Source: Candidatus Thorarchaeota archaeon (GTDB lineage Archaea; Asgardarchaeota; Thorarchaeia; Thorarchaeales; Thorarchaeaceae). From it: a stretch of 45,947 nt of DNA. Where the stretch lies: assembly GCA_048884965.1 (NCBI GenBank), contig JBHLQH010000029.1, positions 1 through 45,947 of the forward strand, read 5' to 3'. The translations under genes were made by a program, and so were the position numbers. The notes under the pieces are model-generated. The model was not told the DNA's origin. It searched no databases and was given only the letters and a program-made list of their open reading frames with translations. Positions 45,891 through 45,947 of the stretch are shown here, in pieces (position 1 is the stretch's first letter; each line of letters begins with the position of its first letter).

Positions 45891-45947
45891 TTACCTCACA
45901 ACAGTTGCGTAAGCGTAGCCTACAGCCTTGGTCGAAGCGACCTGTTT
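45891..45947 (-). CDS. 3' end of an ORF ...KQVASTKAVGYAYATVVR* (truncated by window end)
   Basis: Open frame from 45947 to TAA at 45891-45893; shares STKAxxxAY with the 26-aa ORF. Confidence 0.55.
   Translation of the reverse strand, partial: KQVASTKAVGYAYATVVR

Noticed and set aside
45730-45947. TPP or other vitamin riboswitch upstream of the ECF S-component
   Set aside because: No aptamer consensus (e.g. CTGAGA...CCTGA). The region is better explained by short ORFs and a terminator.

Overview
Archaeal chromosomal window. Archaeal markers are SRP19, Gar1, Trm1, an RPC34-like TFE-beta and two tRNAs with bulge-helix-bulge (BHB) introns. The mix of Ig/PPC-tailed S8 protease, NosD-type beta-helix surface protein, stand-alone LRR protein and many orphan membrane proteins suggests an Asgard archaeon, probably Thorarchaeia; this is inference, not verified. 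No integrase, transposase, CRISPR array or rRNA was seen. Housekeeping content includes pyrB, dCMP deaminase, an srp19-gar1-tfeB / rlmE-trm1 cluster, cyclophilin and a K+-independent-type H+-PPase. Heterotrophy genes include a GH13 alpha-glucosidase, S8, M23 and M28 peptidases, an esterase and MFS/ECF transporters. The items most worth following up are: (1) a tRNA-Ile(GAU), hidden under a spurious ORF extension, with a 30-nt strict-BHB intron in the T-loop (59/60); (2) at the right edge, two tandem, unannotated, mutually similar Lys/Ser/Thr-rich reading frames (one complete 26-aa ORF) ending in a hairpin terminator; (3) an acetate module in which a CoA-transferase::Pat-like GNAT fusion faces an OFA transporter and acs, with a Zn-dependent deacetylase elsewhere in the window; (4) a membrane-anchored M23 peptidoglycan-hydrolase-fold protein; (5) a ~200-nt leader of the protease gene with alternative pairings over the RBS. 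The supplied ORF track gives the wrong strand for the TetR gene at 40401..40994, which is on +. All family calls are from motif recognition by eye, with no database searches.
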